A DNA stretch of 64,000 nt from an uncultured Gammaproteobacteria bacterium (lineage in GTDB: Bacteria; Patescibacteriota; Patescibacteriia; UBA2591; UBA6264): contig CAZQVF010000002.1 of NCBI GenBank assembly GCA_964596735.1, positions 82,321 through 146,320 on the forward strand. Reading direction: 5' to 3'. Positions 21,039 through 30,853 of the stretch are shown one piece after another; the first letter of the stretch is position 1, and each line of letters opens with the position of its first letter. Below the pieces are notes generated by a model. The model worked only from the letters and a program-made list of their open reading frames with translations. It ran no database searches and was not told where the DNA came from. A program made the position numbers and the translations under genes.

Positions 21039-22415
21039 TTAAGCAACGTCTTTCCTGGATAAAACAACAGGAATGGTTTTTATTATAATTTGAAAATCAA
21101 AACCTAAAGACCAATTTTCAATATAGTAAATATCTAATTTGGCCTCTTCTTCAAAAGATAATTTAGAACGTCCTGATATTTGAGCTAAACCAGTAATACC
21201 TGGCTTAATAGTTAAAAGTTGTTTGTGGTGGTTTTGATATCGAGCTACTTCTTGGGGTTCGTGAGGACGAGGACCAATCAAACTCATCTCCCCTTTTAAA
21301 ACATTAAATAATTGTGGCAATTCATCAAGGCTGGCTTTGCGTAAAAACCGGCCAAACTTAGTAATACGCGGATCATTTTCCATTTTGAAAAGAGGGCCTT
21401 CTTTTCTCTCATTATACTTTGATAGCTCCCTTTTCATCTGATGGGCATCTTTAACCATGGAACGAAACTTATAAAGGTTAAACTTCTTTCCCCTTTCTCT
21501 AATTCTTTCTAGTTTTACAAAAATTGGGCCTGAAGAATCTAATTTAATAAATATGCCTAAAATTAAGAAGACAGGACTAAGAATAATCAAGCTAATAAAA
21601 GAGAAAACTAAATCAAATAAACGTTTCGCAATTCTTCCCCAGCCATCTAAAGCTGTTTTTTGAATAACAATAATAGGAATACCGCCAATTGTTTCTGTTT
21701 GCACATTAGTCGCTAAAGAATTAAAAATATCAGGGGTGTATTTAAATACAATTTGATGTTCATTACAAAATTCTATTAGCCTTAAAACATCTTGACGACT
21801 AAGTTTTGGGTCGGCTTGGATAATTTGACTAATCTGATTAGCCTTGTCAGACCATTTATTAATCAATTCCTCAACTGTCTGTAAATGGCCTAAGGTCTGA
21901 TAACCCAATCCTGGTCTAGTTTTAATGTATTGATTAATTTGCTCAGCTGTTTTATCAGCTCCTAAAACCAAAATTGGCTCTAATCCTTTTCCTTTTCGAT
22001 AATAAATCAATTGAATGTAATGGCTTAAAATTCTCCCAAAGCTAACAAAAATAAAACTCATTAGCCAGCCGGCTAAAATAATAAAGCGGGAAGAAAAATA
22101 TTCTCTTTGAAAAAAAATAAAAAGAACAATTAACATTGTTCCCACTGAACAGGCCAAAAATATTTTTGAAAATTCTTTTGAAAAATGCCTTTCTTTTAAG
22201 TTATAAAGACCAGCTAGAATAAAAACGATCAGCCAAATTAAAAAAATAATTAATAGGGTTATAAAATATCTACCAAAGGGAATCTCATAAATTACTGGTC
22301 TCAGCTCAACTAAAGCACTGAAACGAAGATAATAGACGAATACACCTGATAAGACCAGCATTAAATAGTCAAGAGGAACAAGAATAGCTGAAAAAATAAG
22401 GTCAAACTTTTTCAT
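21039..22415 (-). CDS. Polyprenyl glycosylphosphotransferase (WcaJ/WbaP-like sugar transferase)
   Basis: KRLFD, KFRSM, DPRITKFG..LRKASLDELPQL, MSLIGPRP, KPGITGLAQ. Confidence 0.92.
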   Translation of the reverse strand: MKKFDLIFSAILVPLDYLMLVLSGVFVYYLRFSALVELRPVIYEIPFGRYFITLLIIFLIWLIVFILAGLYNLKERHFSKEFSKIFLACSVGTMLIVLFIFFQREYFSSRFIILAGWLMSFIFVSFGRILSHYIQLIYYRKGKGLEPILVLGADKTAEQINQYIKTRPGLGYQTLGHLQTVEELINKWSDKANQISQIIQADPKLSRQDVLRLIEFCNEHQIVFKYTPDIFNSLATNVQTETIGGIPIIVIQKTALDGWGRIAKRLFDLVFSFISLIILSPVFLILGIFIKLDSSGPIFVKLERIRERGKKFNLYKFRSMVKDAHQMKRELSKYNERKEGPLFKMENDPRITKFGRFLRKASLDELPQLFNVLKGEMSLIGPRPHEPQEVARYQNHHKQLLTIKPGITGLAQISGRSKLSFEEEAKLDIYYIENWSLGFDFQIIIKTIPVVLSRKDVA

Positions 22416-22442
22416 ACTTCTATTTTACCACAAAAATCTATC

Positions 22443-22470
22443 TTGACAAGTAAATAATTTCTGTTATAAT
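22443..22470 (+). promoter_or_regulatory. Sigma70 promoter of rnpB
   Basis: TTGACA-16-TATAAT just upstream of the P1 helix. Confidence 0.8.
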
Positions 22471-22475
22471 AAAAT

Positions 22476-22850
22476 AGACTTAAGTAGGTGGCGATCGCTC
22501 TAAATATGACCTAGTCATATTTGGGGAGGAAAGTCCGAACACTCCCTTATTTAACATGAGGAGCCGGGTAGCAGGTAACTCCTGTCGTCGCGCACATTAC
22601 GAGCATGATAGAGGTGCGAACAGAGACGCTTAAACCTGAAAAGGTAAAAGCACCCCTTGGGGTGAGCTCTAAAAGAAATTTTAGAGGTGAAACGGCTAAA
22701 CCCTTACCTGAGTGAAAGGCCAAACAAAAAACCCCTGAATTTCAAAATTCAAGGATGGTAGGCCGTTTGAGTCTAGTTGCAAAGCTAGATCTAGATAAAT
22801 GATCGCGCTCTCACGAGTAACAGAATTCGGCTTATTGCCTACTTAAGTCT
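22476..22850 (+). ncRNA. rnpB: RNase P RNA
   Basis: GAGGAAAGTCC (CR-I) and AACAGAATTCGGCTTA (CR-V); the ends AGACTTAAGTAGG / CCTACTTAAGTCT pair as P1. Confidence 0.95.
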
Positions 22851-23254
22851 TTTTTATTCTTGTCAATCACTTGATTAACAAGCTTATCAGCTTGTTTATT
22901 TTTTTCTCTGGGAATATAATGGTAACTGATTTTTTTAAAAGACTGGGACAAATTCCACACTTTAACAAACAAAGAGCCCAGATCTCGGTTTTTTATTTTA
23001 TATCGATGATTTAACTGTTCAACAATCAACTGGCTATCCAAATAACAACTAAGTTCTTTAGCTTTTAAGGCTTTTGCTTTTTGCAAAGCTAAAATTAAAG
23101 CCTCATATTCTGCTTGATTATTAGTGGCTTTTTTTAAAAACTTAGTGTATTCTCCAATTACTTTGTTTTGTTGGTCATAAATAACCACCCCGCAACCGCC
23201 TGGTCCTGGATTCCCCCTGGCTCCACCATCTGTATAGATTTTTAATTTACTCAT
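22832..23254 (-). CDS. rnhA: Ribonuclease HI
   Basis: YTDGGARGNPG, TNNQAEYEAL, DSQL, IPREKNKQAD. Confidence 0.93.
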   Translation of the reverse strand: MSKLKIYTDGGARGNPGPGGCGVVIYDQQNKVIGEYTKFLKKATNNQAEYEALILALQKAKALKAKELSCYLDSQLIVEQLNHRYKIKNRDLGSLFVKVWNLSQSFKKISYHYIPREKNKQADKLVNQVIDKNKKDLSRQ

Positions 23255-23262
23255 AAACGATA

Positions 23263-24957
23263 TTATTTACTATTTTTTAAATCAATTACTTTCATTTGTA
23301 ATTCTCGAGTGCCGTTCCACTCATTAATGTCTAATTGAAAAACAATGTCTAATTTATCCCCTATCTTAATTCCTTCCATTTTATGATTGGCTTTAAAATA
23401 GATCATTTTTTTTCCTTGATCAATAATTAGACGACAATGTTGTCCATTTTTTCCAACAATTTGTTTACCTTTTAAATAGGCGTGTTTAAGTAAAAGATTG
23501 GGCTGCCAGTTGTCACGACCAAATGGCTCAAACTTAACCAACTCTTCGTATAAAGGCCAATCAATGTCATTTAATTCAACCTGGGCATCAATTCTAAGTT
23601 TAGAGACTAGGTCTTGTTTTTTTATTTGTTTTCTCCCAATTTTTAGAATTTCTTTTTTAAAATCTTCGAATTTATCTGGACTTATAGTTAGTCCGACTGC
23701 CCCGGGATGTCCTCCAAAACGAATAAAATATTTTTTTAAAAGAGATAATGCCTGATGTAAATTAAAATTTGGTAGTGAACGGCCAGAGCCAATAATTTCA
23801 TTATTTCTTTGAGTTAAAACAAGAGCTGGTCGAGAATATTGATCAAGTAGTTTACTGGCACATAAACCCAAAACGCCCTTTGGCCAATCCCCAAAAGCAA
23901 TTAAAACCATTTCTTTTGGCTTGTCTCCTATGTCTAATTTAATTTTTCGAAAAGTTTTTTCAACTAATTGTTGCCTTGTCAGATTAAACGAGTTTAAATG
24001 TTCAGCCAGTTCATCAGCCTCAAAAGGATTTTTGGCTAAAATCATATTTAAGGCTTCGTCAGCATGTTTAACTCTAGCCGCGGCATTGATTCTCGGGCTT
24101 AGTTGAAAAGTTATATTCCCTGTACTGAGTTTGCCTAATTCTAAACCACTTTTTTCTACTAAAGATCTTATTCCTAAATTAGTTGTTTTATTTAAAACAA
24201 CTAAGCCATATTTAACCAGGGTTCTATTTTCGCCCAATAAAGGCATATAATCAGCTACTGTTCCTAAGGCCACTAAGTCAAGCAACCATTTTTCTGTTGC
24301 TTCTTTATTTTCTATCTGACACCTTGAATCAGACAATAGAGCCTGAATAAACTTAAAGGCGACCCCTACTCCGGCCAAAGTTTTAAAAGGATATTTTTCT
24401 CTATTTGCCTGTGGATTAATAATGGCAAAAGCCTTGGGAAGTTCTTTTCCTTGACAATGATGATCAGTAACAATTACTTCTATTCCTGCCTGATTGGCTA
24501 AATCGATTTCTTTGTTATTAGTGATTCCACAATCACAAGTCACAATCAGATTAACTTTTTGTTCAATAAATTCTTTAACCATTTTCTCGCTTAAGCCATA
24601 GCCTTCTATCTCTCTATCTGGAATATAGGTGGTAATATCTTTTGCTCCTAATTTTTGAAAAATAGGAAGTAAAATAGCCGAAGAAGTGATGCCGTCTGTG
24701 TCATAATCACCACAAATAACAATTTTTTCTTTTGTTTCAATTGCCTTATAAATTCTATCAACCGCCTTTTTCATGTCTTGTAATAAAAAGGGGTCGTGGA
24801 GATCTTGAGAATAATCTGGCAATAAAAATTCATCAATCTTCTTTTGAGTGTCTAGGTTGCGATTAAAAAACAATTGCAAAATTATCGGATTAATTTCCGG
24901 AAATTTTTCTTTAAATTCATTTGAATATTTTGGAGTAATCTCCCAAACTTTTTCCAT
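23263..24957 (-). CDS. recJ: ssDNA exonuclease RecJ
   Basis: GDYDTDG, TDHH, LGTVAD, PRINAAAR, GSGRS, GGHPGAVG. Confidence 0.95.
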   Translation of the reverse strand: MEKVWEITPKYSNEFKEKFPEINPIILQLFFNRNLDTQKKIDEFLLPDYSQDLHDPFLLQDMKKAVDRIYKAIETKEKIVICGDYDTDGITSSAILLPIFQKLGAKDITTYIPDREIEGYGLSEKMVKEFIEQKVNLIVTCDCGITNNKEIDLANQAGIEVIVTDHHCQGKELPKAFAIINPQANREKYPFKTLAGVGVAFKFIQALLSDSRCQIENKEATEKWLLDLVALGTVADYMPLLGENRTLVKYGLVVLNKTTNLGIRSLVEKSGLELGKLSTGNITFQLSPRINAAARVKHADEALNMILAKNPFEADELAEHLNSFNLTRQQLVEKTFRKIKLDIGDKPKEMVLIAFGDWPKGVLGLCASKLLDQYSRPALVLTQRNNEIIGSGRSLPNFNLHQALSLLKKYFIRFGGHPGAVGLTISPDKFEDFKKEILKIGRKQIKKQDLVSKLRIDAQVELNDIDWPLYEELVKFEPFGRDNWQPNLLLKHAYLKGKQIVGKNGQHCRLIIDQGKKMIYFKANHKMEGIKIGDKLDIVFQLDINEWNGTRELQMKVIDLKNSK

Positions 24958-24993
24958 ATTCTTTTATTTTAACAAAAAATTTGGCCGGTCATA
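24955..24993 (-). repeat. Degenerate remnant of the start-codon inverted-repeat element upstream of recJ
   Basis: 24974-24993 AAAAAATTTGGCCGGTCATA matches 46229-46248 AAAAAATTTGGGCGGGCATA at 18/20; TATG on both sides (24990-24993 and the recJ start). Confidence 0.5.
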
Positions 24994-25019
24994 CCTACCA
25001 AAGAAAAGAAATTCGTTCA

Positions 25020-26285
25020 TTACTTTCTTTTTTTAATCTGTTTAAGCCCAGTATGTTTTTGTAAGACCTTGGGAATTTTAATTGAACCATCTTTTTGCTG
25101 ATAATTTTCCATAATGGCAATTAAAATCCGGCCAATAGCAAAAGCTGTTCCATTTAAAGTATGAACAAATTCTATTTTTTCTTGGTTATTTCGAAAACGA
25201 ATATTTAATCTTCTTGCTTGAAAATCTGTGCAATTTGAAGTTGAATGTGTTTCCCTGTATTTATTCTGGCCAGGCATCCAGCATTCAATGTCATATTTAC
25301 TCGCCGCTGGATCTCCTAAATCGCCTGTGCACATTTTAACCACTTGATAAGGGATTTTCAATGCTTGAACTAATTTTTCTTCTAAGCTAAGAATAAATTT
25401 ATGCTCTTCTATTGATTTATCTGGAGTACAAAAACTAAACATTTCTACTTTATCAAACTGATGGACCCTTAAAATTCCCTTAACATCTTTGCCGTAAGAA
25501 CCCGCTTCTCTTCGAAAACAGGTGGAAAAAGATACATATCTTTTGGGTAAATCCTTTTTATCTAATATCTCATTTACATGCATGGGACCAATAGATTGCT
25601 CTGAGGTCCCGACTAAATAAAAATTATCTTTTTTGGTTTGATAAACCTCATCTTCTCCTCTTTCTAAATAACCCATTGCTTTCATTTGTCCTTGCTTAAT
25701 CATTACCGGAGGAACAACCGGGACAAAGCCTTGTTTTGTCAAAGTTTGAAAAACAAACTGGACCAAGCCATATTCTAATAAAGCTAATTCATTTTTTAAA
25801 TAAGCAAATCTGGTTCCAGAGACTTTTCCTGCTCTTTGTATGTCAATTAAATCAAGGTCTTCTCCTAAGGCTAAATGGTCTTTTGCTTCAAAATCAAATA
25901 CCTTAATTTTGCCCCACTGGGATAAAACCTCATTTTCTGATTCATCTTTGCCTACCTTAACATCAGGCAGGGCTGGATTAGGAATAGAAAGCATTAATTT
26001 TTGGAATTCTGTTTCAATTTTGGTTAATTCCTTGTCTGCTTGATCTATTTTATTAACCATTTCCTTTGCCTGGTTAATTAATTTTTGCTTTTCCTCTCTT
26101 TTAAGAGAAGCTATTTTTTTAGATAATTGATTGTGTTCAGCTTTTAGAATTTCGTTTTGTTTAATTAATTTTCTTCTTTGGGTGTCAAGAGTTAAAAGCT
26201 TATTAATATCAACTTTGGCTTGCTTGTCCTGACAAGCTTTTTTTATTTTTTCTGGATTATCTCTTATTGTTTTAATATTTAACAT
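25020..26285 (-). CDS. serS: Serine--tRNA ligase
   Basis: YLVGTSE, CFRREAGSYGKD..GILRVHQFDKVE, SNCTDFQARRL, HTLNGT. Confidence 0.98.
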   Translation of the reverse strand: MLNIKTIRDNPEKIKKACQDKQAKVDINKLLTLDTQRRKLIKQNEILKAEHNQLSKKIASLKREEKQKLINQAKEMVNKIDQADKELTKIETEFQKLMLSIPNPALPDVKVGKDESENEVLSQWGKIKVFDFEAKDHLALGEDLDLIDIQRAGKVSGTRFAYLKNELALLEYGLVQFVFQTLTKQGFVPVVPPVMIKQGQMKAMGYLERGEDEVYQTKKDNFYLVGTSEQSIGPMHVNEILDKKDLPKRYVSFSTCFRREAGSYGKDVKGILRVHQFDKVEMFSFCTPDKSIEEHKFILSLEEKLVQALKIPYQVVKMCTGDLGDPAASKYDIECWMPGQNKYRETHSTSNCTDFQARRLNIRFRNNQEKIEFVHTLNGTAFAIGRILIAIMENYQQKDGSIKIPKVLQKHTGLKQIKKRK

Positions 26286-26289
26286 AAGT

Positions 26290-27747
26290 CTATTCTTCTT
26301 GTTTGGGCTTTAAAGTGGGAAAAAGAATTACCTCTTTAATGTTGCGAGTGTTAGTTAAAAGGCAGACTATTCTATCAATGCCAATTCCTTCTCCAGCCGT
26401 CGGCGGCATCCCATGTTTTAAAGCAGTAATAAAATTTTGATCAAATGGCTGGGCTTCTTGATCACCTTTATCTAATAGTTTTTGTTGTTCTTTAAATCTT
26501 TTCTCTTGTTCTAAGGGATCGTTTAATTCTGAAAAACCATTACAGATCTCTAAACCAGCCACTAATAATTGGAATCTTTCAACATAACCTGGTCTGTCTG
26601 GAATTTGTTTAGATAAAGGAGACAGTTCAACAGGATGATTAATTAAAAAAGTCGGTTTAATAATCTTGGGTCTGACTGCTTCCTTATAGATTTCATCAAT
26701 GATTTTTCCCCTTCCCCAGGTTTTGTCTACAGGAATTTTTAACTTTTCTGCTTTTTTAGCTAATAATTTAAGATCTTTTTCTTTATCAATATCAATTCCT
26801 GTATGATTTAACAATGTCTCTCGATAATCCATTTTCGGATAAGGTGGCACGAAATTAATTTTTTTACCTTGATATTCAATGGTTAATTTTCCTGTAACCT
26901 CTTTAACTAATCTCTGTAATAATTTTTCAGTTAATTTCATTAAATCTTGATAATCAGCATATGCTTGATAAAACTCAACCTGGGTAAATTCTGGATTATG
27001 AGCCCAATCAATGCCTTCATTACGAAAACAGCGAGCAATTTCGTAAACTCTTTCAAAGCCAGCCACAATTAATCTTTTTAAATAAAGCTCGGGAGCAATT
27101 CTTAGATATAGATCAATGTCTAATGCTTGGTGATGAGTAACAAAGGGCTTAGCCGCTGCTCCGCCGGCTAAGGGTTGTAATATGGGGGTGTCTACCTCAA
27201 TATATTCTAAATCATTAAAAAATTTTCTAATTACTTTGATAATCTGGCTTCTTTTAATAAAAATATCTTTGACTTTTTTGTTAACCAATAGGTCAAGATA
27301 ACGTTGACGAAAACGAGTTTCAATATCAGCTAAGCCATGCCACTTTTCTGGTAAAGGTAAAACTGCTTTAGATAAAATTTTCCAAGAATTAACTTGAAGG
27401 GTTTTTTCTCCTTTTTTAGTGGTAAAAAGACTGCCTTGTGCTTGAATAAAATCACCGACATCAATATTTTTAACAAAAAACTTATACTCTTCTTCACCAA
27501 TATCTCTTTGGTTTAAAAAAAGCTGAAACCGTCCAGTTCCATCTTGGATATGGGCAAAACAAGCCTTACCATGTAATCTTATTAAAACAAGGCGACCAAG
27601 TAAAATAATTTTTGTTTTGCCAATCTTATTAAATTCTTTTCCAACTTGATAACAAGTATAAGAACGCTTGGATTTTGCTGGATAAGGATCAATCCCCTTC
27701 TTTTTTATTTCTGCTAATTTTTTGATTCTTTGTTGTTCTTCTCCCAT
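26290..27747 (-). CDS. lysS: Lysine--tRNA ligase (class II)
   Basis: RFRQRYLDL, GGAAAKPF, LRIAPELYLKRL, FRNEG..HNPEFT, GMPPTAGEGIGIDR. Confidence 0.98.
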   Translation of the reverse strand: MGEEQQRIKKLAEIKKKGIDPYPAKSKRSYTCYQVGKEFNKIGKTKIILLGRLVLIRLHGKACFAHIQDGTGRFQLFLNQRDIGEEEYKFFVKNIDVGDFIQAQGSLFTTKKGEKTLQVNSWKILSKAVLPLPEKWHGLADIETRFRQRYLDLLVNKKVKDIFIKRSQIIKVIRKFFNDLEYIEVDTPILQPLAGGAAAKPFVTHHQALDIDLYLRIAPELYLKRLIVAGFERVYEIARCFRNEGIDWAHNPEFTQVEFYQAYADYQDLMKLTEKLLQRLVKEVTGKLTIEYQGKKINFVPPYPKMDYRETLLNHTGIDIDKEKDLKLLAKKAEKLKIPVDKTWGRGKIIDEIYKEAVRPKIIKPTFLINHPVELSPLSKQIPDRPGYVERFQLLVAGLEICNGFSELNDPLEQEKRFKEQQKLLDKGDQEAQPFDQNFITALKHGMPPTAGEGIGIDRIVCLLTNTRNIKEVILFPTLKPKQEE

Positions 27748-27780
27748 AATGTGATATTTTAACATTGTCAGAAAATAAAA

Positions 27781-27800
27781 CAAGGCCCGACAGGGCCTTG
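27781..27800 (-). terminator. Intrinsic terminator after greA
   Basis: CAAGGCCC-gaca-GGGCCTTG with a T-tract on the minus strand. Confidence 0.7.
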
Positions 27801-27816
27801 ATTAATATAGAAAAAA

Positions 27817-28269
27817 TTACTCAATCTTAATGATTTCAGCTTGTATTTCTGCTTTAGGGGTTTTAATTATCACTTTTTCCCCGACTCTCTTTTCTAATAA
27901 AGCTTGTCCAATGGGCGATTCATATGAAATACGGCCTTGGCCCGGGGCTGCCTCTTCACTGCCAACCAAAATATATATTTGAATCTCTTGATTAACTTTT
28001 ATAGTCACTGTTGTTCCAATTTCAACACAACCGCTTTTTTCGCGATTTTCAACAGGTTGGGCAGTTCTTAAGAGATTTTCTAGCTCTTGTATTCGAGATG
28101 CAACCAATGAGAGTTCTTCTTTAGCAGAAGTAAACTCGCTATTCTCAGTTAAATCTCCTTGTTCTTGAGCGCTACGAATTCTTCGGGCAATTCCTGGTTT
28201 TTTTTCCCTTAATGTCACTAATTCGTCTTCAATTTTCATTCGCCCCTCAGGCGTTATAAATTTAGGCAT
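27817..28269 (-). CDS. greA: Transcription elongation factor GreA
   Basis: QGDLTENSEF, ISYESPIGQALL. Confidence 0.95.
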   Translation of the reverse strand: MPKFITPEGRMKIEDELVTLREKKPGIARRIRSAQEQGDLTENSEFTSAKEELSLVASRIQELENLLRTAQPVENREKSGCVEIGTTVTIKVNQEIQIYILVGSEEAAPGQGRISYESPIGQALLEKRVGEKVIIKTPKAEIQAEIIKIE

Positions 28270-28408
28270 ATAGGCATAAATGTACTACTAAACCATAAAT
28301 AAAATCAGAGCAATATAAAACATTCGCTCCTTGGAGTTCAGATTATCTATTTAATTGTTTAAAGTATATCAAATTTTTAGAAAAAGTCAACTAAGGCTGT
28401 GGAAAACT

Positions 28409-30322
28409 TTAATCCTTTGGAAAATAGGCTTGAAAAACTTCTAAAGCAGCGGGGACGGCAATCTTGTCTCCTCCACCACCATTTTCAACTAAAACCGTTA
28501 CCACAATTTCTGGATTTTCATAAGGAGCAAACCCAGTAAACCAGGCATGACTTCTTTTGTTTCCTCCTACCTGGGCCGTACCAGTTTTCCCTGCCACCAT
28601 TACTGATAAGCTATTTAATCTTCGGGCGCTTCCTTGAGTAACTGCCGCCCGTAAACCTTGTTTAATTAAATCTAAATAATCAGAATCTATAAAATCTTTT
28701 CTAATAATTTTAGGTAAAATTTGTTTTTTCTTCCCTGTTTCAGAGCTACTATATTCTTTAACCAAATGGGGTTGAAAAAGAATTCCTCCATTAGCAATGG
28801 CGGCTGTATAATTAGCCACTTGAATTGGAGTAACTAAAATATCTCCCTGACCAATTGATATGTGATAAGTATCACCAATATACCAGGGTTCCTCTTTTAC
28901 TTCTTCTTTCCATTCTGGGGTAGCTAAAAGACCTTTGTTTTCGCCAGGAATATCAATTCCTGTTTCTTCGGTTAAACCAAAAAGTTGGGCATAGTGATTG
29001 ATTCTTTCCGGTCCTAATCCTTTAATTTCACCATAGCCTCCTCCCACGTAATAAAAAAATGTGTTAACTGATTCAGCTAAAGCTTTAACTAAGTCAGTCC
29101 AACCATGTCCATTTTCTTTCCAATCAGCAAAAAACCATTGCTTGACCTTAATTCCGCCCTTGGAGAAAAATACAGTATTTTTATTAATAATTTCGTCCAT
29201 TAGGCCAGCCGCGGCAATAACAGGCTTAATCACTGAGCCACAAGGATATTCTCCGGCAATGGCTCGAAAAAACAAGGGCTTACTAGGGTCAGTTAAATAA
29301 GCTTCTGACCCTCCTTTAATAAATAGGTTATTATCATAACTTGGCCAAGAAAAAATAGATAAAATCTCTCCGTTTTTTGGATTCATAACAATAATCGTCC
29401 CTGCTTTACTTTTGCTTGCCTTTAAGTATTTTTGTAAAATTTGACTTACTTTTTCTTGTAAATTTGCATCTAAAGAAAGGATTAAATCTTGTCCTGTCTG
29501 TGGTTCTTGCTGGGAAATAATTCTTTCTTCTTTCCCCAATGAATTAACTTCTATTCTTTTTTGCCCGTCTTTGCCTTTTAATAAATTTTCATAAGATACT
29601 TCTAAACCTGTTTTACCAATGAAATCTGTTATTAAGTAATCTGGATACTCTATTAGCTCTTCTGGGCTTAGTTTTCCAACATAACCCAGGACATGAGCCA
29701 AAGTCTGCCCTCTTAAATATTCTCTTTCTGCCTCTATTCTTAGATTTATACCTGATAAATTCTTTAATTTTGTTTCTAATTTAACAGCCGTTTGATAATC
29801 AAGGTCTCTTAATAATTCTACCTCTTGATAAGAATGAGGTAATAAATTTTGAAAAATCTCCCTGATTTGGGCTTCTGTTTCTCTATTCACATTTAAGATT
29901 AAAAAAACCTGTTCTAATGTTTTTTCTTTTCCTTCTCTGTCTTTAGGTAAATCCCCGGGAATAACTACTAAAGAAAATCCGGGCCTGTTTTTGATCAAAT
30001 GTTGAAGACTTCGATCATAAATTAACCCCCGATCAGCTTTAATCGGCAAGATGCGGACCCTGTTTCCCTCAGCAATGTCTCTGTATTCTTGGCCATGAAC
30101 AACTTGTAGCCAAAAAAGGCGGCCCAGCATTAACAGGGTTAATAGAGAAATAAAAAGAAATAAAAAATAAATTCTTCCTCTTTTTATGGGCGTAGCCAAG
30201 GCGGCTGTTTCTGGCTCGCTTTCTGGTAAATAATTACCTTCGTCAAGATGACGAGAAAAATTTGGTATTTTTTTATCTTTAAAACCCTTGCCTGATGATT
30301 GGATATTAAAAGGATCACTCAT
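28409..30322 (-). CDS. mrdA: Penicillin-binding protein 2
   Basis: ADRGLIYDR, SVIK (SxxK), SVN (SxN), KTG, HAWFTGFAPY; downstream of mreCD. Confidence 0.93.
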   Translation of the reverse strand: MSDPFNIQSSGKGFKDKKIPNFSRHLDEGNYLPESEPETAALATPIKRGRIYFLFLFISLLTLLMLGRLFWLQVVHGQEYRDIAEGNRVRILPIKADRGLIYDRSLQHLIKNRPGFSLVVIPGDLPKDREGKEKTLEQVFLILNVNRETEAQIREIFQNLLPHSYQEVELLRDLDYQTAVKLETKLKNLSGINLRIEAEREYLRGQTLAHVLGYVGKLSPEELIEYPDYLITDFIGKTGLEVSYENLLKGKDGQKRIEVNSLGKEERIISQQEPQTGQDLILSLDANLQEKVSQILQKYLKASKSKAGTIIVMNPKNGEILSIFSWPSYDNNLFIKGGSEAYLTDPSKPLFFRAIAGEYPCGSVIKPVIAAAGLMDEIINKNTVFFSKGGIKVKQWFFADWKENGHGWTDLVKALAESVNTFFYYVGGGYGEIKGLGPERINHYAQLFGLTEETGIDIPGENKGLLATPEWKEEVKEEPWYIGDTYHISIGQGDILVTPIQVANYTAAIANGGILFQPHLVKEYSSSETGKKKQILPKIIRKDFIDSDYLDLIKQGLRAAVTQGSARRLNSLSVMVAGKTGTAQVGGNKRSHAWFTGFAPYENPEIVVTVLVENGGGGDKIAVPAALEVFQAYFPKD

Positions 30323-30852
30323 ATGTTTATTCCTTTATACTTCTTATACTTTAATCCTATTAGTCTGATTAAGAAAGAAAAAATAGTGATTAATAAAGCA
30401 TTGAAAAAAATTGATTGAAATAAGGCAGACCAATAAAATTTATCAAAACTAATTCTTAAATCTGATAAATTTATTAAGTAAAAAAATTGGCTGATCAACA
30501 GAATAAAAACATGATAAACCAAGCCGGCGACTAAGCCAAAGACAAAAATACTTAATGACTTATTTAAATTAAATTTAGATAGTAAAAATTTGTAACAAAA
30601 ATAGCTAGTCAGAATTAGACTTAAAACAAACAAACCCGGGGGAAAAATAGAATAAACATCTAATAAAATGCCCCCCCAAATACTTATTAAAAAAACATGT
30701 TTAGTTATTTTGTTTTTCCCTGACTCAATTAAAAAAAGTATTGCCAGAATAAAAATCAAAGAAACCTCTGTAGGAATTAACGGGGAAGAAAGTTCCAAAG
30801 CAGCCAAAATTAGGACAAAAAAAACAAGGCAAATGGATTTTAAAACTGACAT
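30319..30852 (-). CDS. mreD: Rod shape-determining protein MreD-like membrane protein
   Basis: Multi-TM protein with GILLDVYS..PPG between mreC and mrdA. Confidence 0.7.
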   Translation of the reverse strand: MSVLKSICLVFFVLILAALELSSPLIPTEVSLIFILAILFLIESGKNKITKHVFLISIWGGILLDVYSIFPPGLFVLSLILTSYFCYKFLLSKFNLNKSLSIFVFGLVAGLVYHVFILLISQFFYLINLSDLRISFDKFYWSALFQSIFFNALLITIFSFLIRLIGLKYKKYKGINI

Positions 30853-30853
30853 A

